DNA of 64,000 bases from Eledone cirrhosa (lineage: Eukaryota), in assembly GCA_964016885.1 (NCBI GenBank), contig OZ024740.1, forward strand, positions 68,138,001 through 68,202,000, read 5' to 3'. The notes beneath the pieces were generated by a model. The model saw nothing but the letters and a program-made list of their open reading frames with translations. It was not told the origin of the DNA and made no database searches. Of this stretch, positions 13,471 to 28,769 are shown piece by piece; within the stretch, counting starts at the first letter, position 1; the number at the start of each line of letters is the position of its first letter. A program made the translations under genes and the position numbers.

Positions 13471-14253
13471 GGGCAGTGAATTAGCTGGGTAGTTAAAGAT
13501 TCAGACAGGGTCTTTTCCTGTGAGTGTATATGGTCTGTGAAATCTGAGGCCTAACACTAATTCCAGTCACCAAAATTGCTGTGTCGCTAAATCTTTCCTT
13601 GCTTGATGGAAGCAACCATGTAGATTCCGAAATATTATGTATCTACTGCACTGAAATTCGTTCTTCTTTCCTTCTCTACTGAAAGTCTAAATAACGATTA
13701 AAGGAAATAGAAAGAGCATACATTGACAGATCTTTTTTTCCCTTTCATTCTTTGGATTTCGTCTAACGTACTTAGGGATACACCCGAATTATTTGGTGAT
13801 GGCTGCTTCCTCCAGGACCACCGTCAAGGCGGGTCTAATGACCATGCATCCATGACACTTTCAGAAATAAAGAAACAAATTCGATATTTGCATGTTTTCT
13901 TTTGTTCATGTAATATATTTTTGACCATTTCAGAATCCTCCCCAGTTCCTGAAGTTTGAAAACTCTCACCATTTATGATCAACAGCTTTAAAACTTTCAT
14001 GCCATTTCCGAATGATTAAAGGAGCCAATGATTGATATTTGTAAATTCTGCCCAGAAAATAAATAAGTAAATTGATAAATAAATAAAATAACGTACTTTC
14101 GTGAAAATAATTATTGTGATATGAAAATAACTGATATAAGCTTCAGTTGGGTAAATATTTTATTTTGTTTTTGTATATTTATTGTGGTAAAATGAATGTT
14201 TTTTACGACGTGAACGTTTTAAGGATGCGGCTGTTTGGGAACTCTTGATATAT

Positions 14254-14357
<104 letters not shown>

Positions 14358-14953
14358 AGTGTACACACAGACATATATATATATATATTGCTTCTGAGAA
14401 AGCAAAAGTATCCTTCATAAAATTTGATATATGGAAAGTTTATATAGCATGAAGACAAGAATCTTCGTGAATACTATGGACGCATGCCAGTTGCAGACTG
14501 CCTGAGTAGCCTGAGTATATATAGTATGTATGTATGTACATATATATATATACATATATATATATGTATGCATATGTGTGAATATGTCGATATATATATA
14601 TATATGTCGATATATATATATATATAGAGATTTATTTATTTATTTATACATATATACAATATGCATGCATAGATATACCAATATATATACTTGCATAGGC
14701 ACTTACACATTCATATCTATATATATTTTACGATGAGAAAGTAAATAATAAAATATCTTTAATACAAATTGATGTATGGAAAGCACCAAGAATATGTGGA
14801 GCATAAATATAAGAATTTTCATAAATACGTATGGATGCCCATAAAACGTTTTGCAAACATCATGATACATAGATATGATTATGGGGTCATTGATTTGATT
14901 TCGCATTCAGGTGGTTCTCAACTCAGCCACGATGCGCGGGACATTGGGCAAAT

Positions 14954-15031
<78 letters not shown>

Positions 15032-15204
15032 TCTCTCTTTCTCTCTCTTCCTCTCTCTCTCTCTCTCTCTCTCCCCCTCTCTCTCTCTTTCTCTCTCTCT
15101 CTCACGCTCACTCACCCTTTCACTATATATATATATAGATATATATATCGGTGTTTTTTATTTGTTTTGCGAGATTTCTTATCTGAAAACGTGAGTTGAA
15201 ACAG

Positions 15205-15380
15205 ATATTGTTATACTTTGCGAGCGTCATTTTGCCAATAAAAACACACATGTTTATATATATAAACAATAATCCGGTTATCGTGCCAACCAACTGGAAA
15301 CTTATAATATATTGAAGGGGAAAACCATCAGGTGCGTGTGTATTTATTGGCAACATGACCCTCCCAAAATATAACAATAT
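15205..15380. repeat. Family H short inverted pair
   Basis: atattgttatacttt...gccaataaaaacacac / gtgtgtatttattggcaacatgaccctcccaaaatataacaatat. Confidence 0.75.
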
Positions 15381-15798
15381 ATAGATTTGTGTGTGTGTAT
15401 GTCTATGTTTGTGTATGTATCTGTACTTAATATTGTAACCTAGCTGTTCTACAAACAAGCGACTGTTGCAATAACTACCTGACTTGGAATGGTAAATACT
15501 TGGGACGTTATGACGAATTCCTTGGAAACTGTCCCCTACCCTAACCGCTGCCTAATCACCAACACCATTAAAGTCACAAAAGAAAATGGTAGAAGTAAAT
15601 GAGAAATAATATACTTAAGCTCAGACAAGATTGATAAACAACGAATCATATAAACTTATTTGTTGTTGGAATGCCAATTTTCTCAACAATACGGGAGTAG
15701 GACGAATTATAGAGAATACATATAGTTAAGTCTAAACACATATTTATGTGGTGTCGTTCCTATACCAATGTTGTTCGTTGAAGGAATGAATTAAATAA

Positions 15799-15980
15799 AT
15801 AATTGTTTCTACTTTTGGCACAAGGCCAGCAAATTACCCAGTACATTACTGGTACTTTATTTTATAGACCCCATAAGGATGAAAGGCAAAGTTAACCTCG
15901 GCGGCATTTGAACTCAGACCGTAAAGGGACGTAACTACGCTCGAAAGCATGGTGTCCGACCCTCTACCGATACTGCCAAT
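15799..15980 (-). mobile_element. tRNA-derived SINE (same family as 7281)
   Basis: Reverse complement of the family consensus. Confidence 0.9.
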
Positions 15981-16104
15981 TAAATAAATAATGAATTAAA
16001 TATGTATATACATAAAACACACACAAGCACAAACACAAACATATATATATATATATATATAAATAAATATATATCTGTATATATCTATTTTATTTCTCAG
16101 TATT

Positions 16105-16140
16105 TCTTCTGATGAAGGACTAGCGTCCGAAACGTTAAGA
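16105..16140 (+). ncRNA. Minimal type I hammerhead ribozyme (solo PLE-terminal-repeat-like fragment)
   Basis: tctt-CTGATGA-a-ggac-tagc-gtcc-GAAA-cg-TT-aaga; palindromic ACGT stem III. Confidence 0.85.
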
Positions 16141-16240
16141 CCATCTTCCTGCTATATCAAGCGTTAACCTCATATATACCTTCATATAAGTACCGATTGA
16201 GTTGTTATTTCTGTTTACCTTTGACACACACACACACACA

Positions 16241-16353
<113 letters not shown>

Positions 16354-17085
16354 GTATGCTTGTGTGAGTGCGTGATGATGAAAATACAAAGATTTATGTT
16401 GATTGTATTTATCCTAGCATTTGTGAGTTATTTTACCTTTATCTGAATTTGTGATGAAAATTCAAAGATTTATGTTCATGTAATAGATTGATATGACTAC
16501 ACTGCTCCACTGCGGCCATCTTAACTTTTCATAGATGGTCTGACTTCTTATTTAAGGGGAGCCAATGCTGTTGTTGGGAAGTAGTTGCCAAGCATTTTAT
16601 CTACTTGGTCATCTGTTATTTTTGCGCATGCATTCAAATATTTATGTAAACATCTATTGCGTTGTATATTATTTATATAAAACAGGCATTTAAAAAATAG
16701 AAATGAATTGTCTAGGGATCAATAGGTATGGAAGGTAACAATACATAAACTGATTTTGTGTTGCAAATTTTCTTTTCACATTTATTTATCACACGATAGA
16801 AGCAATAATCAGCGTTTCCGTATTTGGTGTTATTCCAGCTTTCGAAGTGCCAAATATGTGAAGCGGTTTCATTTCGGGTCAGGTTTTACGCCGGTTATTT
16901 GTGTCAAAATGTGTGTTTCGTCGGGTGAATGTGAGTGTGCGTATCTATGTGTGCGTGTTTATATCTGTCTGTGTGTGAGCCTATTTGTTTGTGTGTATAT
17001 TCGTGTGTGCATGTCATTGTGTCTGTGTGTGCGTGTATGTGTGTATTAGCGTGTGTGTCTGTGTGTGTATATATATATATATATA

Positions 17086-17118
<33 letters not shown>

Positions 17119-17844
17119 ATCAGTGTGTCTATGTGTATGTGTATCTCTTTCACCGATGGCCATTATAGAAATATGTAAATATCATCGAGAAATGCTATAA
17201 ACCAGTACACTCGAGAAACCTTTATGATGTTGCATAGACGCCATCTTGGGTGCACGTCCCACTATTCATGTATTGCAAAAATTGCAAGACCGTCAGAAAC
17301 CCAGTACCTGACGATGATACATTTCACAATATATGATAGAAAAAAAATAGAAATCTAAATTACAGAACCATAGGGAATATTTCTGCTAAGATGGTATACC
17401 ATTGTTACACGTTCAAATTTCCCCTTGTATTATTGGTACTTGTCCGTAGTCAATCAACTTGCAAGTTATAGATGTTTAATTTCATAACAAATTGCACCTA
17501 GCTGGCTTAAATTATAATATCTAATTTTATAACATTAGATACCTAAGACTATATTGAATATTTTAGTAATAGATAATCATTGTCTAAAATAAATATATGT
17601 CTGAAAAAGTATATGCATGCAGTTCGCCTGATGATACATTTGTTCCAACACTGTAGATTAGATGATTAAGTTACTCGTAGTTGATGCATTAATTACAATA
17701 GGAATTGAGCCATTAGATAACATATAAATGTTAAATGAACATTGTTGTGAGAAGCCGCTGTTAGCCAACGCCCTGTTATAGTAGGGTGCCGCCCTGTGAA
17801 GGATAGCCTTATTAGAGGAGAGGTTTGAGATTCACTGGTTTTAG

Positions 17845-18669
17845 AAACTTCGTTAAGAATATCAGTACTAGAATCACAAACCTTTCCTCTAATAAGGCTA
17901 TCTTTGACAGGGCGGCACCCTACTGTAACACGGCGTTGGCTAACAGCGGCTTCTCACAACCTATCACTTACTCTCCCACTAGCAACAACACCATTAAGAA
18001 AAGTAAGCGCAACAATAGACAAACTATCTGGTCCCCCCCCCCTTCTCACTCAACGTTAAAACCAATGTAGGAAAAAATGTCTAGCCCTCTTAGATATACA
18101 CTTCCCCACAAGTCATAAATACCGCTCCATCTTTGACTGACACAAAGTTAAACTAGGATACTCCTGTGCTAAGAACATGAAGGCTCACATCACCAGCAGA
18201 CCTAGGAGCAACACTCCACCAGGGTGCTCTTGCCGTAAGCCTGAAGCCTGCCCACTTCAACAGCAATGCAACACACCAGCTGTAATCTATGAAGCTGTGG
18301 TCACTTCCAACCGACCAAACGAACCACAGGAGGTCAAATCCTATGTGAGCATGGCGGAGGGCCGATTCAAGGAACGTTTCCTAAACCACCAGTCTACCTT
18401 CAGATACACGGACAGATGTTCATCCACGAAACTCGCGAGCCACGTATGGTCTCTCAAGCACTCAAGTATAGATTACTCCATTCACTGGAAAGCCATTACT
18501 AAGTCCAAGCCATACGCAAGGGGAAATCCGACGTGTGGCTTATGACGAACGAATAACTATTCTAAAGAGATTACGCAATAGACATTACCTAAATACGAGG
18601 TGTGAATTGTTTACACGTTGTCCACACGTCGCGAAACACCTATTGCATAACTACAAGGCTCCGGGCTGA
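17845..18669 (+). pseudogene. PLE RT-thumb plus GIY-YIG endonuclease, frameshifted
   Basis: YCNTALANSGF; IWSPPP; CSCRKPEACPLQQQC; VIYEA..SYVSM; FKERFLNH; CGL; LNTRCELFTRCPH. Confidence 0.9.
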
Positions 18670-18833
18670 TTCCTCGTAATTTTGTTTTCAACCTGAAAAC
18701 TTTTCGGACTTTCGCAATTATCTCCCTTACACCTCTCGCACGCAGTCTTGTATTGCCTCTGTGAAGTGACCGTGTTTCTGCGCATGCGGGTACGTACGGT
18801 TGTCCTTCATGTTCCTATAACCATGCCCATTCC

Positions 18834-18870
18834 TAGCTGAGGATCCGCTAAGGTGAAACAATTGTTCTCG
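18834..18870 (+). ncRNA. Hammerhead-like motif, family A
   Basis: ag-CTGAGGA-tcc-gctaa-gg-t-GAAA-caattg-TT-ct; weak stem II; further copies at 59471-59512 (-) and 59527-59562 (+). Confidence 0.65.
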
Positions 18871-18952
18871 GTATGGTGAACTAACTGTTGTGTAACCACT
18901 TCTACCCAACTCGTCCCTTGGACTGAGTGCTCTACCAATACGGATATAACCT

Positions 18953-19008
<56 letters not shown>

Positions 19009-19649
19009 ACTTCCACTGTCCACTCTGCGGGCATTTCTTACCTCGTTGCCCGACGTTATATTAAAAGATACCTGCTGATGAAGCCAGACAGTTGCACTTG
19101 ACCAGGCATTTGCTGAACGAAACCTTGAACTATACAGCCATCTCTGCGTGAACTACTCATTGTAAATTTGAATTTCAATAGAGAAGAACGAATATTGCAA
19201 AGAATATGTGGCGTATTATTAACATATTCAAGTGACATATCATCGAACATTTGAAATACACGATTGCTGCACATTTTAACAAATTGAATCATATTCTCCA
19301 AAAGGTCACGAATGCGTAAAACATCAAGCCTATATTATCCTGTAAACACTTCAACGCAAATTGAAAAATATCAACGTGCTAACGTTTAATGAATCTAAAA
19401 AATTACAATTATTCATTATAGTCTAGTATGATGTCATGTTGTCTGGAGTTGTTGTTGACCTTTTCAAATATCACACCCTTTAAAAGTGGTAGTAAACACT
19501 TTTCAAAATAATCTAGTAATTCCGATTGTATCATTGAATTCTTAGGTTTGGGATGTAATCAACAATGATTTGTTGATTTTCATATGGACTCACGTTTCAT
19601 ATATCTTCTTAAACACTGTACGGGTGCATTGAACAAAGGATGTTTATTT

Positions 19650-19812
19650 AGGCGAAGGGAGTGGCATTGCTGTAAATGCGGTTGCCTCACGAGCCCGTGG
19701 TTTCGGGTTCAGATTCAATGTTCGACACAATGTGCAAATTTCACCATGATATATAGCCTCAGTTTGATAATGCCTATTTAGAGAAACTGGCAGACGAAAC
19801 ATGTGCCGAGGC
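19650..19812 (+). mobile_element. Old tRNA-derived SINE (resembles an abundant octopus SINE)
   Basis: ggagtggc...gtggtttcgggttcag...tatagcctc...ggcagacgaaac; resemblance is from recall. Confidence 0.5.
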
Positions 19813-20204
19813 AGCTTATACACATACACAAACGTATATATATACAATATATTAATAAATGGAAACTATATTTATAAAACCATATTTATTTTATTATACA
19901 TATTTCAAGGGCAACCAAGGCAAATTATGGTGCGCTTGCATCAGATAACATACATATTTGTTTTATAAATAAATATTGACATACCCGGAAAAAAAGACAA
20001 CCTTAACGGTTGGAGTTTCCTGGATAATGGAGATAGTATATTAATTGAGGGTAATATAAAGTTACGAGTGAGTATGCAAATGAGTATCCGAAAGGTTGAA
20101 AAGATAACGGTTTATTTAAATTAAACTGTTGGAAGAATATGATAAGTAAGGGAGAGAAAAAAAAAATCACCCCAGATCCGTTAAAAACACTATTGTAAAT
20201 TCTG

Positions 20205-21116
20205 TGCAGCAAAGTATTTCTAGAATTTCAGCGAATAAAATTATATTTGAGGATAAAGCACAATATTATAACGAAGAGTTAGGTAGAGCAGGCTATAGTA
20301 ATTAAATTAAATACATTGACAATAAGGATGTGCCAATTAACCATAACTATGAATATAATTATAATAAAAAACCTTGCACTAACTCGAAAATCAAAAGAAA
20401 AAAATAGAACTAGAAATATATTATGGTTCGCTCCCCCTTTCTCATTAAGTATTCAAACTCCTATAGCTAAATTATGTTTTAAAGCTCTAGATAAGTGCTT
20501 TCCTAAGACACACAGGTATTACTCAATCTTTAATAGACATACTATTAAAATCTCATATTCCACCACTATGAATTTAGCGCAGAATATTAATAGAATTAAT
20601 AATAGAAACTTAAAACCTAACCAGAATAGCATTACTACCCCTAGCAATATCCAATATAATGTTACGGCTCCCAATAATATAAATTGAGATAAATGTAATT
20701 GTAGAAATAAATCTAACTGTCGTCTAAATAATAATTGTTTAGTTAAAAATATAGTATACAATTGTAATGTCAAAACAAATGAAAACTCCTTTAACTATGT
20801 CGGCTCTACTTCCACAGACTTCAAATCTCGTTTTAATAACCATAAATATTCCTTTACAAATATTGGTAAAACATCTTCAACTTCTCTATCTAACTTATTA
20901 TGGGACTTAAAATCCAAGAATATTAACTATTCTTTACTTTGGAATATTATCTCCAAAGCTCCTTCATGCACTGCTTTTTCCAAAAATTGCTCACTTTGTG
21001 TTGAAGAAATATTATTTATACTAAAATGTAAGAACTCTATTAATTTGCGAAATAATTTATTTAGTTCCTGTAAACATCGTTTAAACTCAACTTTTAATTA
21101 TATATATAAAATGTAA
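20205..21116 (+). pseudogene. PLE thumb plus GIY-YIG endonuclease
   Basis: YYNEELGRAGY; ILWFAPPFS; CNCRNKSNCRLNNNC; NIVYNC..NYVGST; FKSRFNNH; CSLCVEE; SCKHR; in-frame TGA at 20685. Confidence 0.92.
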
Positions 21117-22458
21117 TATATGATTTATCTCCTTTACATAATGTTTTCTATATCTATATATTTTTCATATATATTTAATTTACTTTCTATTATCTCTACC
21201 CCATACACTATATACTTTATTTTATTACACTTATCGATAGGTTATAATTTTTTTTTATATGACTGCTTGAAACTCCTTTAAGAACAATTTTTCTTGAAAA
21301 ACTTACGGAAGGTTCAGGGAGAAAAATGTTTTGAAAGATATAGAAAAAAACATTATTTTCATATCTTCCAATATTTTTTCTATCTTCAAACGTTTTTAAT
21401 ATATATATCCAAATGTTTATATATATGTGGAAAAACATATGATTTTTATATATAGGTTTTTTATATATATGTGGAATAACTTATGGTTTATGCTTTAAAT
21501 ATACTCTTAAGATCATATTTTTAAATTGTTTAACTTTATAGCAAATAAAATCTTTTTAACTTTATAGCAAGTAAATCTATGACTTCGTATAAAATAACAT
21601 ATGGTTCATGTTTTAATTATATTCTTAAGATAAAAAATGTTTAACTGTATAACATTTAATCCTTGGAGTCATCTGAGATCTTAAAAACTCACCTCTAACT
21701 TCTTTTACACTTCCTTACTGTTTTTATAATATAATTAAGTGGTTATTCCTTTGTAAACTCTCGTAAATTCTTCATAAATTTAGAATTATTTGGATGTTTA
21801 AACTTACAACTTTTAATAAAATAAATTATACTAGATTTTCTCTAATATAAAATACTATATATTTATTTTAATAATTTATAATCCTTAACATACACATTTA
21901 AACCAATATATTATTACTAATACATATAATATAATTATTAATATTAAATTATTAAATTAAATCTTTAATATTAAGGCAAATTTTAATCTTTAATTTTGAT
22001 TTCTAATTTTTAATTTTAATCTAATTTTTCAACCTATCATTATAAGTATTGTAATCAAAACGTAATGAACGCGGCATTATAAACATTATTCTTCCACGTT
22101 AATCTTATTTCTTCTTTCACTTAGATATACTTACGCTGTGTATATTTCTCCTTTGAAACTTATCTTTCACTCTATCTTCACTATCAATATGTATAATCGT
22201 TCTTTCTTTCCTCTTCTATCGTTCTCCTTTCTTTTTTTCTTTTTTCCTTTTTTTTTCTCTCTCCCTTACAGTTCTTCCAACAATTTAATTTAAATAAACC
22301 GTTATCTTTTCAACCTTTCGAACACTCATTTGCATACTCACTCATAACTTTATGTTAGCCTCAATTAATGTACTATCTCCACTATCCAGGAAGCTCCAAC
22401 CGTTAAGGTTATCTTTCTTTCCGGGTATGTCAATATTTATTTATGAAAACAACTCTGT

Positions 22459-22522
22459 ATTTTATCTGATCAAAGCGCAACATAATTTGCCTTGGTTGCC
22501 CTTGAAATATGTATAATAAAAT
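22459..22522 (+). ncRNA. Hammerhead fold, family D (inverted copy at 19888-19951)
   Basis: attttat/ataaaat stem I, aag..ctt stem II, GAAA-tatgta-TA; cores CTGATCA and CTGATGC in the two copies give consensus CTGATGA. Confidence 0.75.
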
Positions 22523-22652
22523 AAACATGGTTTTATAAATATAGTTTCCATTTATTAATATATTGTGTATTTACTCCACCACCTTTTGAGTGCTTTATTA
22601 AATTATAACAATTTTTAAGCTCGTTGAATCCCAACAAATTATATATAACCTC

Positions 22653-22696
<44 letters not shown>

Positions 22697-22770
22697 ATAA
22701 ATGAACAGAGAATAAAGAAAAGAGAGGCACTACAAACGCTATTGTTTTTTGTTTCACGCTTGAGAGGGGG

Positions 22771-22800
22771 TGACGTTTCGGGCTTAAGCCCTTCAACAGG
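22771..22800 (-). ncRNA. Hammerhead-like motif
   Basis: c-CTGTTGA-a-gggc-ttaa-gccc-GAAA-cg-TC; core substitution and poor stem I. Confidence 0.55.
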
Positions 22801-24086
22801 AGAACAGAGGGTGTGTGTGGGGAGTAGTGGAAAGCCATTTAAAAAGGGGGGGACTATTCTTTTAGAGAGTAAAGGACATTTTTTAAAGTACAATAAAAAT
22901 ATAAATAAAATCAAAAATAAACAAGTGGTGAAAGGGTGTGGGGAGTGGAGGAGTGGTGGTGAAGGAGGGGAGGTGGGGGGGGGGGGGGTCCAAGCGGGTA
23001 GGGCTGAATGTGGTGTTTGTGTATGGGTGTAGGTGTACGTGTGTGTGTGTGTGTTAGTGTATGTGAATGTGAGATTTGGGGGAAGAACGAGGTTCCATGT
23101 TCAGGTAAAAGGGAAATCGGTGCGTGCACGGGGTGGGGTGTAAGTCGGTGTGTGTAAGAGCGGGCGTGTGGAGTCCGGAGGCTGAGTGTGTATATGTGGG
23201 GTTACGCACGTGTGTGTTTGTGTTTATACGTGGTGTGGATGTAGGTGGCGTGATTCGAAAATAATGTAAGTGTTTGTTCGTGTGTATGTTCCTAAGGTAT
23301 TTCCCTGGAGTCTGAGACAAGATGTTGGAGATTTCACGTATCGTAGAATGGATAGCTGGAACGATGACCGTTGATGAGAAATCCTGGTGTGGTAGTGCGG
23401 AAGTGGAGGGATGTGGGCAACTTCCTGTTGCGCGCGCACCCCATATCTCCCCTCTTCCGACCAAACTCTTCACGGATTACATTATGTGAACCTTGATCCC
23501 GGAATCCACCACATCCCAGGATTTTACTAAGCATTCCACCACATCGTCTACGGAATTACCTTTATGACTCACCCACACACACACCCAAAACAACATTTTT
23601 TCCCACACGCCACCTTCACCCACAAAACGCATAAACACCACACGCACACGTGCGTACCACCACATATGTACACATTCAGCCTCCGGAATCCTCTCCCCCC
23701 ACCCCTCTATCCACACACACACACACACACACACTCCGACCTACACCCCACCCCACACACACCTCTTCCTGAACATGCAACCCCGTTCTTCCCCCAACCC
23801 TTGTTTTCACATACACACACACACATACACACACGTACACATACACACACACACCACCTTCAGTCCTCTCCGCTCGGACACCCCGTCTCCCTCTCCCCAC
23901 TCCATCCGCCACCACCCCTACATGCCCCACACCCTTCCACCACCTGTTTTACCCCATTTTAATTTTATTTTGATCATGCCTTTATTTTTAATTTCATTTG
24001 CACCGTTTCCTCTCACCCCCTTTTTGCTATATGTCTCTCCACCACTCCCCCACACACCCTTTGAACTCTCTTCCCACACACTTTTC

Positions 24087-24118
24087 ACCTGAAGAAGGGC
24101 TTATGCCCGAAACGTCGT
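24087..24118 (+). ncRNA. Minimal hammerhead motif
   Basis: ac-CTGAAGA-a-gggc-ttat-gccc-GAAA-cg-TC-gt. Confidence 0.75.
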
Positions 24119-24208
24119 TCCCCACCACCGCCCCACTCTCAAGAGTGTGAAATTAATAAACATTTGTTTGTACTGCCTCTCTGTTTTGTTCCCGTTCAAT
24201 TGTTCATT

Positions 24209-25860
<1,652 letters not shown>

Positions 25861-26134
25861 AGTATGTTTTGAAACAGTGAGCAGGTTTGAAACTAGAAAA
25901 TATAATATATTTTACCGTAGTTTTTGACTAAATAAATGTTAGTCTGATAATGTAGTTTAGCACCCTCGGATAAATGGAAAACGATGAGTATTGACCTACA
26001 TGGGAGTCGAACCCCCATCTTTGGTTATCCATATATATATATATATATTTATTAAAATAAGAGATTTAAAGTTTAAGCAAAGAATCGCTGCATTCACCCA
26101 TAACGGGATCTTCTGAAACTAACAAAGTCAATCT

Positions 26135-27636
26135 GTGAACGCAGAATTGAATATTTCAAAAAACGTTGCGGCCCCTCTTGCACTATGGAACAATTCTTTC
26201 GCGGTGATTGATTGGTTCAACGGCATATGCAACAAGGAACATTGCCGTCTTATCCAATTGGACATCAATAATTACTACTCCTCCATCACTTTACCACTTC
26301 TCCTTAGAACTATCATTTTCACTAAAACACTCACAGCGGTTACGGATTTCGAAGTTGATGTCATCCTCAATGCCCGTAAGTGGGTGATTAATTTCGACGA
26401 CTCTATTTGGATTAAAAAATCTAATAGTACCCATTCGAAGTGAGTATGTGCGCCAGCAATTCTGCGGAGGTTACTGATCTTATCAGCCTTTTCCTTATTT
26501 TCTCTATCAAGGAAGTATTCCACAACGTGGGTGGTGGTTTGTACCGTGATGATGGTCTTTTGATCATCACTAAGTGCGGCCCCCGTGCTTGCGACAGGTT
26601 CAGAAAAAGAACTCACATCCTTCATTAAAGGCTTCAACCTCTCCATACAGGTTGAGGCCAACCTGTCGATCGTCAATTACCTCGACGTTACCCTAAATAT
26701 ATCGAATGGCTTGCATTACCCGTATAGAAAGCCGAATGATACGCTTAATTACATAATTAAGCATTCTAACCATCCTGCCAGCATAACCAAGAACCTGGTA
26801 AGAAGCGGTCCTTTGAGGCTTTCCCGTCTGTCTAATAACGAGCATATTTTCAACGACCATTCCACATATTACAATGAAGCTCTTGCTCGGAGTGGATTTG
26901 TCGATAAGGTAGCATATACAGAGTACGAGAATAGACCTAGAACAAATAGATCCCGACGCATTATATGGTATAACCCACCATATAATATTGAGGTGGCCAC
27001 ACCATTAGCTAAGATCTTTCTCTCTCTTATTATGAAGCATTTTCCCTCCAGACATAAATTTAGTAACATTTTTAATAGAAATACTATTAACATTTCTTAC
27101 TCTACGACACCTAACTTGCATATAACATCACAGCTTCAAATTTAACTAAACTACCTAGCCGTAGGAACACGTGCAACCCTGTAGTTAGTACTAACTGTAA
27201 TTGTAGGAATCGGGTTAACTGTCCCCTATCCGGGAAATGCCTCTCTAGTAACATTGTCTACAAATGTAAGGTTGATACACCCACGTCCCGTAGGGCCTAC
27301 ATAGGGTTAACCGACAATAGAGTCAAGCAGCGTCTTTACATGCATACCCATTTTTTTCGTTCCCCTTTAAGAAGGAATATGACGTCACTTACAGCTTATA
27401 TTTGGAGTCTATAAGACAACCACACCCAATATAAGTTACACTTGGAGATCCTAGCTAGGGATATATCGTATAACGGAAATAAAAGACCATGTGACCTCTG
27501 CGCCGCTGAGTCCGTGTAAATACTCTACGCCAAAGACCACATCTTAAACAAAAAGTCTGAGGCAATTGCGGCTTGTAAACATAAATTGCACACAACTTTC
27601 CTGTATTACACCCCCACATTATACCCTAACGGATAG
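26135..27636 (+). pseudogene. PLE reverse transcriptase plus GIY-YIG endonuclease, frameshifted
   Basis: IQLDINNYYSSI; MCASNSAEVTDLISLFL; GGLYRDDGL; NYLDVTL; SNHP; WYNPPY; CNCRNRVNCPLSGKC; NIVYKC..AYIGLT; CDLC; ACKH. Confidence 0.95.
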
Positions 27637-28026
27637 TACGAACTATACGCGGATATTTTACGTCTTAATGTGGTAGCTAAGTATATGTTATGTTTATACC
27701 ATTACTTATTTGTATAGGTAAGTATATATTACCTGTATGTTTTGTGAAAGTACGTATACTTTCTCGTACCTATATTTGATTGTATATGTTATGGCTTATA
27801 TATTATATATTCTGGTACATATGCTTTTGGTTATGTGTATACGTGAGTTTTGCATCTGTGTGAGTATGCGGTTTCGTACGTATGTAGGGTGTATGTATAC
27901 ATGTACTTTGTGTTTTGGTTGACGTTCGTCTACAAACATATGTGTATTTACATGTAGGTATGTGTGTGCGCTTGTTATATACGCATTTATTTATTTATAT
28001 ACGTTTATTTAATTATATGTATACAG

Positions 28027-28106
<80 letters not shown>

Positions 28107-28718
28107 TATATAATATTTATGTGTATTTGGTGTATACATCCGTATAAGTGCTGGTACAGGCGTTGCGTGTGTTCTGTATGCGCGGGCGGGGTTTTTTTTT
28201 CGTGTACGTGCGTGTATATGTATACCTATGGCGAGTGTTTTCGCGTAGGCTTGTGTATGTACGTATATGGATGCGTGTATCTATTTATTTAATTTCAATT
28301 ACCTCTGTATTTTATTTACTTTATTCTTAACTCTGAAGCCGAGAATCATTCGGTTTCCTAGATAGAATTTTAGAATACGACTTCCGTTATACCATTTACG
28401 TGGTTTTGTTTTTCCGTGCAATTATTCACCCCGCTCCACATATGACGTATTATCTTCGTTTTCTCCGTTCATTGCCAGAGAACGTCTCTGTGAACCACCT
28501 AATAGAATATTAGTCTACGACTTCTTTTATACCATAAACGTGGTTTTGTCTTTGCGTGTAATTGTTTTTCACTGCTCCGAATAATGACGTATTATATTCG
28601 TCTTTTCCTGTTCTTTGCCAGGGAACGTTACCACGAACCAAAGTATCGTCCTACTGTCTTACTGCGGTCGCAACGTTTTTTGAAATATTCACATCTGCGT
28701 TCACAGATTGACTTTGTT

Positions 28719-28769
28719 AGTTTCAGAAGATCCCGTTAAGTGTGAAAGCAGCGATTATTTGCTTAAACT
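28719..28769 (+). ncRNA. Hammerhead-like fold with CAGAAGA core, family B (also 26070-26120 -, 44097-44147 -, 44634-44684 +)
   Basis: Family consensus agttt-CAGAAGA-t-ccc-gttaa-ggg-t-GAA-agca-loop-tgct-T-aaact; this copy has one stem II mismatch. Confidence 0.6.

Larger units (their letters stand above)
17744..18953 (+). mobile_element. 5'-truncated PLE (Naiad-like), family A, with 5' inversion and 3' HHR
   Basis: Thumb, linker and GIY-YIG remnants; 17744-17833 is an inverted copy of 17871-17960; ends in (TA)n. Confidence 0.9.
19846..22656 (+). mobile_element. 5'-truncated PLE, family D, with inverted terminal repeat (19846-20165 vs ~22250-22566)
   Basis: Coding remnant, long AT-rich 3' region, terminal repeat duplicated in inverted orientation at the 5' end; TA-rich flanks. 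Confidence 0.9.
22693..24208. mobile_element. Head-to-head pair of strongly diverged non-autonomous PLE derivatives between (TA)n tracts
   Basis: G/T-rich left arm mirrors C/A-rich right arm; each has an HHR near its outer end; faint PLE linker-like peptides near the centre. Confidence 0.75.

Noticed and set aside
18534-18560. TGA at the second Cys of CxLC (CGL*) as a selenocysteine codon
   Set aside because: The conserved downstream protein (DERITIL...LNTRCE...CPH) is in another frame, so the TGA results from a small deletion.
19075-19125. CTGATGA...GAAA as a hammerhead
   Set aside because: No convincing stem II closing next to GAAA and no stem I pairing.
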